NCBI GenBank assembly: GCA_040755615.1
Contig: JBFMAL010000008.1
Location: forward strand, 4,693 to 68,692
Reading direction: 5' to 3'
DNA: 64,000 nucleotides
Source of the DNA: Bacillota bacterium
Lineage (GTDB): Bacteria > Bacillota > Sulfobacillia > DUSP01 > DYEP01
The position numbers and the translations under genes are program-made. Under the pieces are notes generated by a model that was not told where the DNA came from, searched no databases, and worked only from the letters and a program-made list of their open reading frames with translations. Each line of letters starts with the position of its first letter. The first letter of the stretch is position 1. Positions 36,367 through 46,160 of the stretch are shown here, piece after piece.

Positions 36367-36806
36367 CCGCGGCCATGGTAGTGGGGTCCCTCGTTTCGAC
36401 CCGACCAGTCTCCACGCTGTCGCCAACGCAGGCATTGCCGGCGAATACACGAGCCACATCATCACTTGAACATCTTTACGTTGTAATGAACGTAGAACAA
36501 TGCTGCTGGCAGTCTTTGGCAACTTCACGCTTATCTGCGTCACCGTCTCACAACTTTCAAGACCGCATGAGCGTACACATGAGTTGTTTGCGGAACTCGA
36601 CTGAAGGCCCGTCTGACTGAAGAAGCGGCACTTCTGGATCAGGCCGTCCGCGCTGTGACCCACCGCAAGCGGGACAGTATGAAAAGACATGCTCTCCCTT
36701 GTTTTTTCTTGCAGGGAACCGGCTCCACCTGTCGAATGCATACGCCGAAGGTACGCATCAGCTGCCTTCAAGGTGTGCAGGCTTTGGAGCAGGTAGGTGG
36801 TATTAG

Positions 36807-38078
36807 ATGATCGCTGAAGTCATCACGGTTGGTACGGAGCTCTTGCTGGGTCAAATAATAAATACGAACGCGAAGTGGATAAGCGAGCGGCTGGCGGAGA
36901 TCGGCGTAGATGTTTACTACCACGTGACAGCAGGAGACAACAAAGCACGACTTCGAGCGGCGCTTGAGGCAGCGATGCGGCGGGCCGACTGCGTCCTGGT
37001 CACGGGTGGTCTTGGCCCCACTGCTGATGACATTACCCGGGAGACGGTAGCCGAGTTGCTCGGTAGGGAACTACGCGAGGACGCGCGTATCCTGGCAAGC
37101 ATCGAGCGGCGCTTTTCCGCGCGCGGTAGAGTGATGACCTCGAATAACAGGAAACAGGCACGGCTGGTCGAAGGCGCGAGGGCGATAGAGAATCCAAACG
37201 GCACCGCGCCCGGGCAGATCATAGAGCACGGGGGGCGCAGCATCGTGCTCTTGCCGGGGCCGCCCTCCGAACTTCAGCCTATGTTCACCCGATCCGTCAT
37301 GCCATACCTGTGCGAGCGGATGGGGGAAGGCGCAGTCATTGTTTCTCGCGTGGTGAGGATCTGCGGTCCCGGAGAATCCGCAGTGGAAGAGATGGTAAAG
37401 GACTTGCTCGCTGGAGAAAACCCGACAGTAGCGCCGTATGCGTCTCTGGGAGAGGTACAGCTCAGAGTGACAGCGAAGGCCCGCGACAGGGATGCGGCGT
37501 CCCTGATGATCGAAGGTACAGTACGTGAGATCTGCCGTCGTTTGGGCGGGGACGTCTACGGTTTTGACAACGAGGACCTGGTGTCGCTGTGCAGCCGGTT
37601 GCTCACTGAGAGGGGTCTTACGCTTGCGATAGCAGAATCGTGTACGGGAGGCCTTCTGGCATCGAGGCTCACGTCGGTCGCCGGCGCCTCGTCCTTCTTT
37701 TTCGGGTGCGTAGTCGCCTACGATAACAGCGCGAAAAGGGACATACTGGGTGTACCCGAATCTGTGATCGAGACTTTCGGGGCGGTTAGTGCTGAGTGCG
37801 CCGTGCTAATGGCAAAACAGGCACGTTCCCGGCTAATGACAGACATCGGCATCGCCATCACAGGCATCTCCGGACCTGACGGGGGTACGGCTGAGAAGCC
37901 CGTAGGCACCACGTTTATCGCGCTCTGTGCGCCGGAGGGTACGCTAGTGGTGAAGGAGCGGTTTCTCGGGCAACGTAACCAAAACCGGGAATGGGCGGTA
38001 GTTCGCGCTCTGGACACGTTGCGCAGACACCTGACACTGCAGGAGATCCCCGGCCAATTGTCGAACGTGTGGCAGTGA
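36807..38078 (+). CDS. cinA: Competence/damage-inducible protein CinA (MocF-like N-domain plus C-terminal NMN deamidase PncC domain)
   Basis: MIAEVITVGTELLLGQIINTNAKWISERL...VTGGLGPTADDITRE... Classic cinA-recA neighbourhood. Confidence 0.9.
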   Translation: MIAEVITVGTELLLGQIINTNAKWISERLAEIGVDVYYHVTAGDNKARLRAALEAAMRRADCVLVTGGLGPTADDITRETVAELLGRELREDARILASIERRFSARGRVMTSNNRKQARLVEGARAIENPNGTAPGQIIEHGGRSIVLLPGPPSELQPMFTRSVMPYLCERMGEGAVIVSRVVRICGPGESAVEEMVKDLLAGENPTVAPYASLGEVQLRVTAKARDRDAASLMIEGTVREICRRLGGDVYGFDNEDLVSLCSRLLTERGLTLAIAESCTGGLLASRLTSVAGASSFFFGCVVAYDNSAKRDILGVPESVIETFGAVSAECAVLMAKQARSRLMTDIGIAITGISGPDGGTAEKPVGTTFIALCAPEGTLVVKERFLGQRNQNREWAVVRALDTLRRHLTLQEIPGQLSNVWQ

Positions 38079-38134
38079 CGGGACAGGCTTTTGGGAACGG
38101 AAGGGAGTGTCGCCAACTGGCTGCAGGGAGAGTG

Positions 38135-38689
38135 ATGCGGCTCTTTGTCGCCTGTGCATTGAGCGAGGAAGCCAGGGAAAAGGTGGGCGAGGTTATCGTG
38201 AGCCTTTCCCGCTCGGGGGCGGATTTCCGATGGGTACCACCCGAAAACCTTCACCTTACGCTGAAATTCCTCGGAGATGTGAAAGCCGCAGACGTAGCGG
38301 CTGTAACCGATGCGGTCCGGAACGCGGTACATGGTAAGCGTCCATTCAGGGTCACGCTTGGCAACGTATCGGTATTTCCCTCTCCCGCAAACCCGCGTGT
38401 CATCTGGGTGGGCGTCACGGAGGGAACGGAGGCGCTGCGCTCGCTCGCAGGCGCAGTGGACAGCGCGCTGTCGCAGCTCGGGTTCCCACGGGAGGCGCGC
38501 CCGTTTACCGGTCACATCACTATTGGCCGCAGGCGGACACATGTCGAACCTGGTGCCATGCGGGACAGACTCCCCTTAGAGGTGCCCGGTATAAGTTCAT
38601 TTGTAATATCTTCAGTGGAGGTCATGAGAAGCGTCCTCGGACCGGGTGCTCCCACCTACTCCGTGATCTCCAGCGCGAAGCTTGAGTGA
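38135..38689 (+). CDS. thpR: RNA 2',3'-cyclic phosphodiesterase (2H phosphoesterase, ThpR / LigT)
   Basis: Two H-x-T/S-x motifs (HLTLKFLG and HITIGRR). ATG at 38135 after GGGAGAGTG. The upstream extension from 37991 is rejected. Confidence 0.85.
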   Translation: MRLFVACALSEEAREKVGEVIVSLSRSGADFRWVPPENLHLTLKFLGDVKAADVAAVTDAVRNAVHGKRPFRVTLGNVSVFPSPANPRVIWVGVTEGTEALRSLAGAVDSALSQLGFPREARPFTGHITIGRRRTHVEPGAMRDRLPLEVPGISSFVISSVEVMRSVLGPGAPTYSVISSAKLE

Positions 38690-38749
38690 GATGAGCAGCA
38701 GTGCTATACTAGTTCTGTCAGCATTTACCAGCAAGGAGGGAGGACCGGA

Positions 38750-39781
38750 TTGGACAGAGACAAAGCGCTTGAAGCAGCCCTTGCTCAGATAGAAAAGCAA
38801 TTCGGCAAGGGCTCGGTAATGAAATACGGGCAGGAACCTCAAAAGCTTAACATAGAGGTGATCTCCACAGGCGCCCTCACGCTTGACCTGGCGCTGGGCA
38901 TTGGCGGAGTGCCGAGAGGGAGAGTCGTTGAGATCTTCGGCCCGGAGGCATCGGGAAAGACCACGGTCGCGCTGCACGTCATCGCAGAAGCGCAGCGAGC
39001 GGGCGGAATCGCCGCCTTCATCGATGCGGAGCATGCGCTTGACCCGGCGTATGCAAGGAATTTGGGCGTGGATATCGAAAACCTTCTCATATCTCAGCCT
39101 GACACCGGAGAACAGGCGCTGGAGATCGCGGAAGCGCTGGTCCGGAGCGGTGCTGTGGACGTTATCGTGGTGGATTCTGTAGCAGCACTGGTCCCCCGCG
39201 CGGAAATCGAAGGCGAGATGGGCGATATGCACGTGGGTCTTCAGGCAAGGCTCATGTCGCAGGCGCTGCGAAAGCTCACCGGCGCCATCAGCAAGTCGCG
39301 TACCACAGCGATATTCATTAACCAGATCAGGGAAAAAGTCGGTGTCATGTTCGGCAACCCGGAGGTCACCCCCGGTGGACGTGCACTGAAGTTCTACGCG
39401 ACGGTACGAATGGACGTTCGGAAGATCGAAACTTTAAAGCAGGGAGCTGATGTAATAGGAAGCCGTACGAGGGTAAAGGTGGTAAAGAATAAGATGGCAC
39501 CTCCTTTCAGGCAGGCCGAGTTCGACATTATATACGGTCAGGGAATTTCAAGAGAGGGGTGCATTCTTGAACTGGGTATTGACCAGGGCCTGATCCAGAG
39601 AAGCGGGACATGGTATTCGTTCGGGGACGTACGCCTCGGACAGGGCAGGGAAAACGCGCGGGAGTTCTTGCGACAGAACCAGGACATTACGGCGGAAATA
39701 GAGTCCCGTATCAGGCAGGCTCAATCCATGGGCGCGCTTAAGCCGAAGTCAGCGACGGATTCTGCCGTGGAAGACAGTTGA
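38750..39781 (+). CDS. recA: Recombinase RecA
   Basis: ALDPAL...[25 protein letters not shown] (Walker A), ...IVVDSVAAL..., L2 loop ...[30 protein letters not shown] start after AGGAGGGAGG. Confidence 0.95.
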   Translation: MDRDKALEAALAQIEKQFGKGSVMKYGQEPQKLNIEVISTGALTLDLALGIGGVPRGRVVEIFGPEASGKTTVALHVIAEAQRAGGIAAFIDAEHALDPAYARNLGVDIENLLISQPDTGEQALEIAEALVRSGAVDVIVVDSVAALVPRAEIEGEMGDMHVGLQARLMSQALRKLTGAISKSRTTAIFINQIREKVGVMFGNPEVTPGGRALKFYATVRMDVRKIETLKQGADVIGSRTRVKVVKNKMAPPFRQAEFDIIYGQGISREGCILELGIDQGLIQRSGTWYSFGDVRLGQGRENAREFLRQNQDITAEIESRIRQAQSMGALKPKSATDSAVEDS

Positions 39782-40242
39782 AGAATAAGGAAACGGGCCC
39801 GCTGTCGCTGGCTCTGGGTTACCTCGCGCGCCGTAGAAGGACTGCCGCGGAAGTCCGCGATTTGCTTCGCAGATCCGGGTTCAAGCAGTCCGAAATCGAA
39901 GAGACACTGTCATATCTCGAGAATATGCGATACGTGGACGACGTGGACTATGCCAGGGCGTTTATCGAGGACAGAGAAACACGTGCGCCCTGCGGCAGGG
40001 CCAGGCTGTACTACCTCCTGGCTGAAAAGGGTATCGATCGCGCCCTCGTGGACCGGGTCCTGTCCGAACTCGAATACGAGGAGCTTGGCGCCGCGTTGCG
40101 TGCAGCCCGGAACCGTCCCGAGTGGCAGTCTGCCTCTGAGAGGCAACGACAGAGGCTATACAGGTTCTTGTTGGGCAGGGGGTTTTCTCACTCAGTCATA
40201 ATGAAGGTCATAAATAGCAAAGAAGACGACCAGCAAGATTAA
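39778..40242 (+). CDS. recX: Regulatory protein RecX
   Basis: 154 aa; ...[27 protein letters not shown]... shows RecX three-helix repeats. TTG start overlaps the recA stop. Confidence 0.85.
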   Translation: MKNKETGPLSLALGYLARRRRTAAEVRDLLRRSGFKQSEIEETLSYLENMRYVDDVDYARAFIEDRETRAPCGRARLYYLLAEKGIDRALVDRVLSELEYEELGAALRAARNRPEWQSASERQRQRLYRFLLGRGFSHSVIMKVINSKEDDQQD

Positions 40243-40253
40243 GTCTATCATCG

Positions 40254-40283
40254 CTTGACACGTTTTTACAGGAAAGTTACAAT
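40254..40283 (+). promoter_or_regulatory. Consensus sigma-A promoter for rny (TTGACA, 17 nt, TACAAT)
   Basis: TTGACAcgtttttacaggaaagtTACAAT at 40254-40283, about 190 nt upstream of rny. Confidence 0.55.
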
Positions 40284-40471
40284 ATTATCTGACTTGCTGT
40301 TCCGGGACTTGGATGGATACTATGCCTTAACAGGTTGCCATAGATCGGGTCTTGAAAGCGTTGATCAAACCGGCTGTGCGTGACCGTTCTGACCAAAAAT
40401 CAGAACACCATTTGTGCATGGTAATGGAGACAGGCCGAGTCCCCCGGCCTTGTTTTAGTTTTGGGAAACAC

Positions 40472-42031
40472 ATGAGCGGGGAGGTGAGCCATATTACCGT
40501 TACACAGGTTTTCGTACTGGTTTTGGCAAGCGCTGCCGCGGTCGCCGTGGGATACATGGTCCGCAAGTATATAGCAGAAGCGAAGATTGCTTCGGCCGAA
40601 GAAGCAGCTAAGAAGATCATAGAAGATGCGCGGAAAGAGGCTGAGGCAAAGAAACGCGAGGCCCTTGTTGAAGCCAAGGAAGAAGTACACAGACTGCGCA
40701 ATGACTTAGAAAGAGAGAGCAGAGAGCGCCGCAACGAACTGCAGCGGATAGAGCGTCGACTCATCCAGAAGGAAGAAGTGCTCGACAGGAAGACTGAATC
40801 CCTTGAGAAAAAGGAGGAGTACCTCCAGCGGCAGGAGCGAACCCTTGAGCGCTACAGGGAGGAGATCGAAGCACTCAGAGCAAGGCAACTTCAGGAATTG
40901 GAGCGCGTGTCGGGGCTCACGTCTGAGGAAGCCAAGAAGATCCTCTTAAGCCAGGTAGAAGAGGAAATCAAGCATGAGGCCGCAATGCTTATCCGCGAGG
41001 TTGAGCAAAACGCAAGAGACCAGGCGGAGAAGAAAGCGCGCGAGATCATATCCCTGGCTATCCAAAAGTGTGCTGCGGATCATGTTACAGAGACTACTGT
41101 TTCTGTTGTGGAGCTGCCCAACGATGAGATGAAGGGAAGGATCATCGGCCGGGAGGGCAGGAACATCCGGACTCTTGAGACCCTAACAGGGATCGACTTG
41201 ATCATCGACGATACGCCCGAGGCGGTGATCCTGTCCGGCTTCGATCCTATAAGGAGAGAAGTCGCAAGGCTGGCGCTGGAGCGTCTCGTTGCTGACGGGA
41301 GAATCCACCCGGCACGCATTGAAGAGATGGTAGAAAAGGCCCAGAAGGACGTGGAAAATATCATCCGCGAAGAAGGAGAGCAGGCGTCTTTCGAGACGGG
41401 CGTACACGGTCTCCACCCTGAACTCATCAAGATGCTGGGCCGGCTCAGATTCAGGACCAGTTACGGTCAGAACGTGCTTAAACATTCTATCGAGGTGGCG
41501 CATCTTGCGGGTGCCATGGCTGCAGAGCTGGGAGTGGACGTGGCAGTGGCAAAGCGCGGCGGGCTACTGCACGACATCGGTAAAGCAGTTGATCATGAGG
41601 TAGAGGGGCCCCACGTGGCTATCGGTATCAACCTACTCAAGAAGTACCGCGAAAGCCAGGAAGTCGTGTGGGCCATGGAAGCGCACCACGGGGACGTGGA
41701 GCCCAAGTCCGTTGAGGCCGTGCTAGTAGCGGCCGCTGACGCCGTGTCAGCGGCGCGCCCCGGGGCTCGGCGCGAGACCCTCGAAGCCTATATCAAGAGG
41801 CTAGAAAAGCTTGAAGAAATAGCAGATTCCTTCGACGGTGTGGAGAAAGCGTATGCGATACAGGCAGGGCGCGAGATCCGCATCATGGTGAAACCGGAGA
41901 AGATCGATGACCTTGCGGCAATTCGCCTGGCACGCGAGATCGTGAGGAAGATCGAGGAAGAACTCGAATATCCCGGACAGATAAAGGTAACGGTCATACG
42001 CGAGACGCGGGCAGTTGAGTATGCCAAGTAA
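40472..42031 (+). CDS. rny: Ribonuclease Y (N-terminal TM, coiled coil, KH and HD domains)
   Basis: Near-identical blocks to B. subtilis Rny: ...[51 protein letters not shown]...LLHDIGKA...[12 protein letters not shown]. The start is either ATG 40472 or GTG 40484. Confidence 0.9.
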   Translation: MSGEVSHITVTQVFVLVLASAAAVAVGYMVRKYIAEAKIASAEEAAKKIIEDARKEAEAKKREALVEAKEEVHRLRNDLERESRERRNELQRIERRLIQKEEVLDRKTESLEKKEEYLQRQERTLERYREEIEALRARQLQELERVSGLTSEEAKKILLSQVEEEIKHEAAMLIREVEQNARDQAEKKAREIISLAIQKCAADHVTETTVSVVELPNDEMKGRIIGREGRNIRTLETLTGIDLIIDDTPEAVILSGFDPIRREVARLALERLVADGRIHPARIEEMVEKAQKDVENIIREEGEQASFETGVHGLHPELIKMLGRLRFRTSYGQNVLKHSIEVAHLAGAMAAELGVDVAVAKRGGLLHDIGKAVDHEVEGPHVAIGINLLKKYRESQEVVWAMEAHHGDVEPKSVEAVLVAAADAVSAARPGARRETLEAYIKRLEKLEEIADSFDGVEKAYAIQAGREIRIMVKPEKIDDLAAIRLAREIVRKIEEELEYPGQIKVTVIRETRAVEYAK

Positions 42032-42037
42032 TACGTC

Positions 42038-42066
42038 AGGGGCCGCTGGATGCGGCCCTTCTTCGC
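42038..42066 (+). terminator. Hairpin (possible terminator or attenuator) downstream of rny
   Basis: AGGGGCCGC-TGGAT-GCGGCCCTT (9-bp stem) followed by a weak T tract (CTTCGCTC). Confidence 0.35.
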
Positions 42067-42126
42067 TCATGGCATTGCCGGGAGGAAATGCTCTGGGGCA
42101 GGGCAGCCAAAGGGAGGGCGAGCAAA

Positions 42127-42642
42127 GTGAAAAGTCATGCTCAGCAAGCAAATTCGAGAGGTGCAGAACTCTTGGTTTCCATCCTTGTGCGCTATCCGGA
42201 ACTAGGTACACTGACCATCGACCCGGAGACAGCCTCGCTCCGGCTGACGGTCCTTGTTGCACGGGCGCTCAGCGAAAGCGAGCAGCGCGAGCTTTCTGCA
42301 CGCATCATTGAGTCGCTCGACGCTTTGTTCACTCTCACCCAGGTGACTCCGCTGAAAAAGGAAGTATTGGTTGTGGCCGAGAGGTCTGTCACTGCCATTT
42401 CTGTAACACGGGACATCACGTCCATCTCGAGGGAAGAGATCGCCCTCATCGTCGGGCTTTTGCGAGAGCTGTTTCCGAACCATCTGCTTGTTGACAGAAC
42501 TCAGGAGACGCTCGTTGACGAGGAGCTTGAGCTCCAGGAAGACTACATCGAGGAGATGCTGGAGAACTTAAGAGCGGAGTCGGTCCCGACCAACCTCTAC
42601 GCCTTCAGAGAGGGTGGTCGCGTGCTGGTCTTCAACAAATAG
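42127..42642 (+). CDS. Hypothetical protein (about 171 aa, acidic C-terminus) inserted between rny and ymdB
   Basis: In-frame GTG at 42127 after AAGGGAGGG. I do not recognise a family. It occupies the rny-ymdB junction, which is contiguous in Bacillus. Confidence 0.5.
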   Translation: MKSHAQQANSRGAELLVSILVRYPELGTLTIDPETASLRLTVLVARALSESEQRELSARIIESLDALFTLTQVTPLKKEVLVVAERSVTAISVTRDITSISREEIALIVGLLRELFPNHLLVDRTQETLVDEELELQEDYIEEMLENLRAESVPTNLYAFREGGRVLVFNK

Positions 42643-42672
42643 ATCCCGCTCTTTCAGTAAAGGATGGTGCGT

Positions 42673-43467
42673 GTGAGAGTTCTGGCGCTGGGTGACATCG
42701 TGGGCAGGCCCGGGCGGACCATGGTTTCGGATCACATAGGGGATCTCCTATCTCAGTATAGGCCCGACTTCGTGCTCGCCAACGGTGAGAACGCCGCCTC
42801 CGGCATGGGGATTACAAGGGACACTGCAGATGAGTTGTTCTCCTGCGGCATCGACGTACTCACTATGGGAAACCACGTTTGGGACAAGAAAGAGGTATTC
42901 GACTTCATCGATGATGAGCCGAGAATTCTGCGCCCACTCAACTACCCGGAAGGCGCGCCCGGCAGGGGTTTTGGCGTTTTCAAGGCCGCAGGCAGTCTCC
43001 AGGTCGGCGTCATCTCCCTGGCAGGGCGCGTCTTCTCCCCGGCTCATCTTGACTGCCCGTTTCGCCTGGCGGATAAGGCCGTCGCTGTATTGTCCCAGGA
43101 CACCCCAATCATCATCCTTGATTTCCACGCGGAAGCTACATCCGAGAAGATCGCAATGGCGTGGTACCTGGATGGTCGAGTCTCAGCGGTGCTGGGTACG
43201 CATACGCATGTCCAGACTGCTGACGAACAGGTACTACCATCCGGCACCGGGTACATAACGGATCTTGGCATGACCGGCCCCTCCCACTCTGTGATCGGAG
43301 TAAAAACAGACCTCGTGCTCCGGCATTTTCTCACACAGCTGCCCACTCGGTTCGAAGTGGCAAAAGGTCCCCGGATCCTCTGCGGTGTTGTTGTTGATAT
43401 TGACGAAATGACTGGCAAATGCCGCCACCTTTCCCGAATCTTTCTATCAGATAATGCTGTTTGCTAA
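42673..43467 (+). CDS. ymdB: YmdB-type 2',3'-cyclic-nucleotide 2'-phosphodiesterase (TIGR00282 metallophosphoesterase)
   Basis: VRVLALGDIVGRPGR..., ...ANGENAASGMGIT..., ...DFHAEATSEK..., ...GTHTHVQTADEQVL... parallel B. subtilis YmdB. Start is GTG 42673 (or ATG 42664). Confidence 0.85.
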   Translation: MRVLALGDIVGRPGRTMVSDHIGDLLSQYRPDFVLANGENAASGMGITRDTADELFSCGIDVLTMGNHVWDKKEVFDFIDDEPRILRPLNYPEGAPGRGFGVFKAAGSLQVGVISLAGRVFSPAHLDCPFRLADKAVAVLSQDTPIIILDFHAEATSEKIAMAWYLDGRVSAVLGTHTHVQTADEQVLPSGTGYITDLGMTGPSHSVIGVKTDLVLRHFLTQLPTRFEVAKGPRILCGVVVDIDEMTGKCRHLSRIFLSDNAVC

Positions 43468-43563
43468 AATTAACTTGCCAAATTACACCACGAAAGATAC
43501 AATAATATCACAGGTTTCGCTCAATCACCCGCACATCCTATACACTTTGAGGGGGTAGTTGAC

Positions 43564-43824
43564 ATGGACGTTCTCAAGGTTTCATCAAAGTCCAATCCGA
43601 ATTCGGTCGCGGGGGCGTTGGCAGGAGCGATAAGGGAGAGGGGAAGCGCGGAAATTCAGGCAATCGGAGCGGGAGCTGTAAACCAGGCGGTCAAGGCGGT
43701 GGCCATCGCAAGGGGCTTTGTAGCTCCTGCAGGAATTGATCTGATCTGCATCCCCGCTTTCACCGACATTGAAATCAACGGCGAGGAGCGCACTGCCATA
43801 AAGTTTATAGTCGAACCAAAATAG
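43564..43824 (+). CDS. spoVS: Stage V sporulation protein S
   Basis: 86 aa; MDVLKVSSKSNPNSVAGALAGAIRERGSAEIQAIGAGAVNQAVKAVAIARGF is highly conserved SpoVS sequence. Confidence 0.9.
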   Translation: MDVLKVSSKSNPNSVAGALAGAIRERGSAEIQAIGAGAVNQAVKAVAIARGFVAPAGIDLICIPAFTDIEINGEERTAIKFIVEPK

Positions 43825-43898
43825 CCTTATTGGAAACCTGTCCTCCCCCATGAGGGCGGGTTCTTCATCTATTTCCGGGTAGAATAAGGATTGATACA

Positions 43899-44744
43899 GT
43901 GCTGGCAGACCTACATATCCACACCCGAGCTTCAGACGGTACACTCTCTCCGGCGGAGGTCGTCAGGACGGCTGCGTCTCGCGGGCTCCAGGCCATCGCC
44001 ATCGCTGACCACGACACGATTGCAGGCATCGAAGAGGCCATGGCCGAATCCCTTCGCCGGAACGTGCTGGTGATTCCCGCAGTAGAGATCAGCACCACAA
44101 TGGAAGACGAGGACGTCCACATCCTCGGTTACTACGTACCCACCGGTCCGTCTCCCCTTGAGCAGTTTCTCCAGCGCATGCGAGCCGAACGGCAGGTTCG
44201 TATGCGCAGGATGATCGAGCGCCTCAGGTCCCTGGGCATCTTCGTCTCGGAGCACGCCCTCATAAGACACTTGGCGGATGGATCCTTAGGCAGGCCGCAC
44301 CTTGCCAGAGTTTTAGTGGCACACGGAGTGGTCGCATCAGAAAAGGAGGCGTTCGACCGATATCTGAAAGAGGGCAGACCCGCCTATGTCCCGAGGGCGA
44401 AGGTCACGCCGCTCCAAGCGGTGAAGGTATTGCGCGCATCAGGCGCAGTTCCGGTTCTTGCGCATCCAAGCACGGGCAGCGCCAGGTTACTCTCCTGGCT
44501 CTCCGCCAATGGCCTTCTGGGGGTAGAGGTCAACCACCCGGAGCTCACTAGCTCAGAGTCCGCCAGGTACCTGAGTGAGGCGCGGTGCCTGAACCTGGTG
44601 GCGACCGGCGGCTCAGACTGCCACGATGATGCTACCCCTGGGAGGAGGATAGGGGAAGTGCTGGCACCGCGGGATGCGGTGACGAAGCTTGAGGCATTCC
44701 ACATGCACGTGAGATCACATATCGGAGGGGACAGCGCGATATAA
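43899..44744 (+). CDS. PHP-domain metal-dependent phosphoesterase (TrpH / YciV-like)
   Basis: VLADLHIHTRASDGTLSP...AIADHDT...VLAHP...GGSDCHDD are PHP His/Asp motifs. GTG start. Confidence 0.8.
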   Translation: MLADLHIHTRASDGTLSPAEVVRTAASRGLQAIAIADHDTIAGIEEAMAESLRRNVLVIPAVEISTTMEDEDVHILGYYVPTGPSPLEQFLQRMRAERQVRMRRMIERLRSLGIFVSEHALIRHLADGSLGRPHLARVLVAHGVVASEKEAFDRYLKEGRPAYVPRAKVTPLQAVKVLRASGAVPVLAHPSTGSARLLSWLSANGLLGVEVNHPELTSSESARYLSEARCLNLVATGGSDCHDDATPGRRIGEVLAPRDAVTKLEAFHMHVRSHIGGDSAI

Positions 44745-44791
44745 TAATCAAGGAACCGACCGCGGAAGCTTCGAAAGGAGTATGACTCACG

Positions 44792-45037
44792 GTGCAGTAT
44801 GACATTCCGTGTCTGGAAAAGAAAATCAAGTCTCTCGAGGATACGGTGAGATGCCTGAGGCTGAGCAGGCGCGTGCTGCTAAACCTCCTTGCAGCCAGAG
44901 AAAGGGAACGCGCCGCTTTAATCGCGGAGCTTCAGAGGAGAAACCTGGAGCTCAAGAAAGAGAACCTCCGATACGCCAGACGGATGGTAGAGCAGAACAC
45001 CCGCATTTGCAAGCTGACAGAAAATCAAAACGGTTAA
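44792..45037 (+). CDS. Small coiled-coil hypothetical protein (81 aa)
   Basis: GTG start about 11 nt after AAGGAG. Heptad-rich (LEKKIKSLEDTV...LIAELQRRNLELKKENLRY). No recognisable family. Confidence 0.4.
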   Translation: MQYDIPCLEKKIKSLEDTVRCLRLSRRVLLNLLAARERERAALIAELQRRNLELKKENLRYARRMVEQNTRICKLTENQNG

Positions 45038-45071
45038 AAAAGAGGGGAGACCGGCTGACCAGTCTCCCCTC
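45032..45071. terminator. Bidirectional rho-independent terminator between convergent genes
   Basis: Perfect 10-bp stem GAGGGGAGAC / GTCTCCCCTC (45042-45051 / 45062-45071) with a 10-nt loop. It is flanked upstream by AAAAAA, which gives a T tract for the minus-strand ACD operon. Confidence 0.65.
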
Positions 45072-45095
45072 ACGCATTGTGCGTCGTGCGTCGCC

Positions 45096-46160
45096 CTATT
45101 CCAAGGCCCTCAGGATATCTCTCCACGCACAGTGCCTCTCGATGTTCTCCTTCGCCAGCTGGATCCCGTGCGCATCCTCAGGCTTAATCTTGCGGGATAC
45201 CTGGTGCAGCCGCTCTATGGTCGTATAGGTGTCGTAATGCACCAGGATGACCGGGACCTGCTTTTCGGAGGCGCGAGAGAGCACCTTGACGTCCGGGTAC
45301 AGCCCGCCGGTGAGGATGAGCACCGAGGTGCTAGTCTCAAGCGCTGCGAGCAGCAAGTCTGATCGGTCGCCCCCGGTGATAATGGCCTTGTTGGGTGCCC
45401 TGCGCAGGTACTGCATGGCGCTCTCGAGCGTCATTGCGCCTACGAGGAGTTCCTCTACCAGGAGATCCAGGTTGTCTGCTGCGGTTAGGAGCTCACCTCC
45501 GAGTACCTCATAGTACTCCCTTACTGTGGGAGCGGCGATCTCGAGCCTTTTTGGAATCACCCCGTACACAGGAAATCCCTTTGATTCAAGAAGCGGTTTG
45601 TAGATGCCTCTCACCTTGTCAAGGAGCGCTCTCGGCACGTTGTTGAACACGGTGCCCAGCACCCTTACGCCCCGATAACTCATGTATTGGGAAAAGAGGA
45701 TCGCCCTGTCCAAGCTAAAGTCGTTATCAGGGTGATTAACCACCAGCGTACTTGCGCCGATGGCGACAGCTATTGAAGACGCGTCCAGATCGATGCTCGC
45801 CATCACGTGGGGAAAGTGCGTGCCCTCCACGATCACGACGTCGCGGTCTGCGGCTATCTGGCGATATGCGTCTACGATTCGTGCAAGGTTGTCTTCTGTG
45901 CGCTCATACCTTGTGAGGTACTGGGGTCCTGTATAAAAGAGCACGGATTTCATCGCCGATTCCTGCTTTAGGACGTGGGTCATGAGTCTGACGTCATCAT
46001 CTTCGCGATGTTCCGTGGAAGCGAGAGCTCCGATTGGTTTGAAATACCCTACCTTCAGGCCCGCCTCCTGGAACTTCAGGGCAAGCCCGACGCAGACCGC
46101 GGTCTTTCCGCTGCCAAATCTGCCTGAAACCAGAATGCTTTTCATCCTCCAACACCTCAC
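45096..46160 (-). CDS. DRTGG / phosphotransacetylase-N-terminal-domain family protein with BioD-like P-loop domain
   Basis: 354 aa. ...ILVSGRFGSGKTAVCVGLA... (P-loop) and C-terminal ...AIITGGDRSDLLLAAL... (DRTGG). The start overlaps the ACD stop (ATGA). Confidence 0.8.
   Translation of the reverse strand: MRCWRMKSILVSGRFGSGKTAVCVGLALKFQEAGLKVGYFKPIGALASTEHREDDDVRLMTHVLKQESAMKSVLFYTGPQYLTRYERTEDNLARIVDAYRQIAADRDVVIVEGTHFPHVMASIDLDASSIAVAIGASTLVVNHPDNDFSLDRAILFSQYMSYRGVRVLGTVFNNVPRALLDKVRGIYKPLLESKGFPVYGVIPKRLEIAAPTVREYYEVLGGELLTAADNLDLLVEELLVGAMTLESAMQYLRRAPNKAIITGGDRSDLLLAALETSTSVLILTGGLYPDVKVLSRASEKQVPVILVHYDTYTTIERLHQVSRKIKPEDAHGIQLAKENIERHCAWRDILRALE

Noticed and set aside
36470-36500. 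LexA (Cheo) box upstream of cinA / recA
   Set aside because: Found CGTTgtaatgAACG and GAACGTAGAACA, but neither fits GAAC-N4-GTTC. No convincing box before recA (38690-38749) either.
36193-36771. 192-aa minus-strand ORF spanning the cinA upstream gap
   Set aside because: Low-complexity, overlaps the CN-hydrolase 3' end, and has no RBS. I treated the region as non-coding and flagged it as a gap of interest instead.
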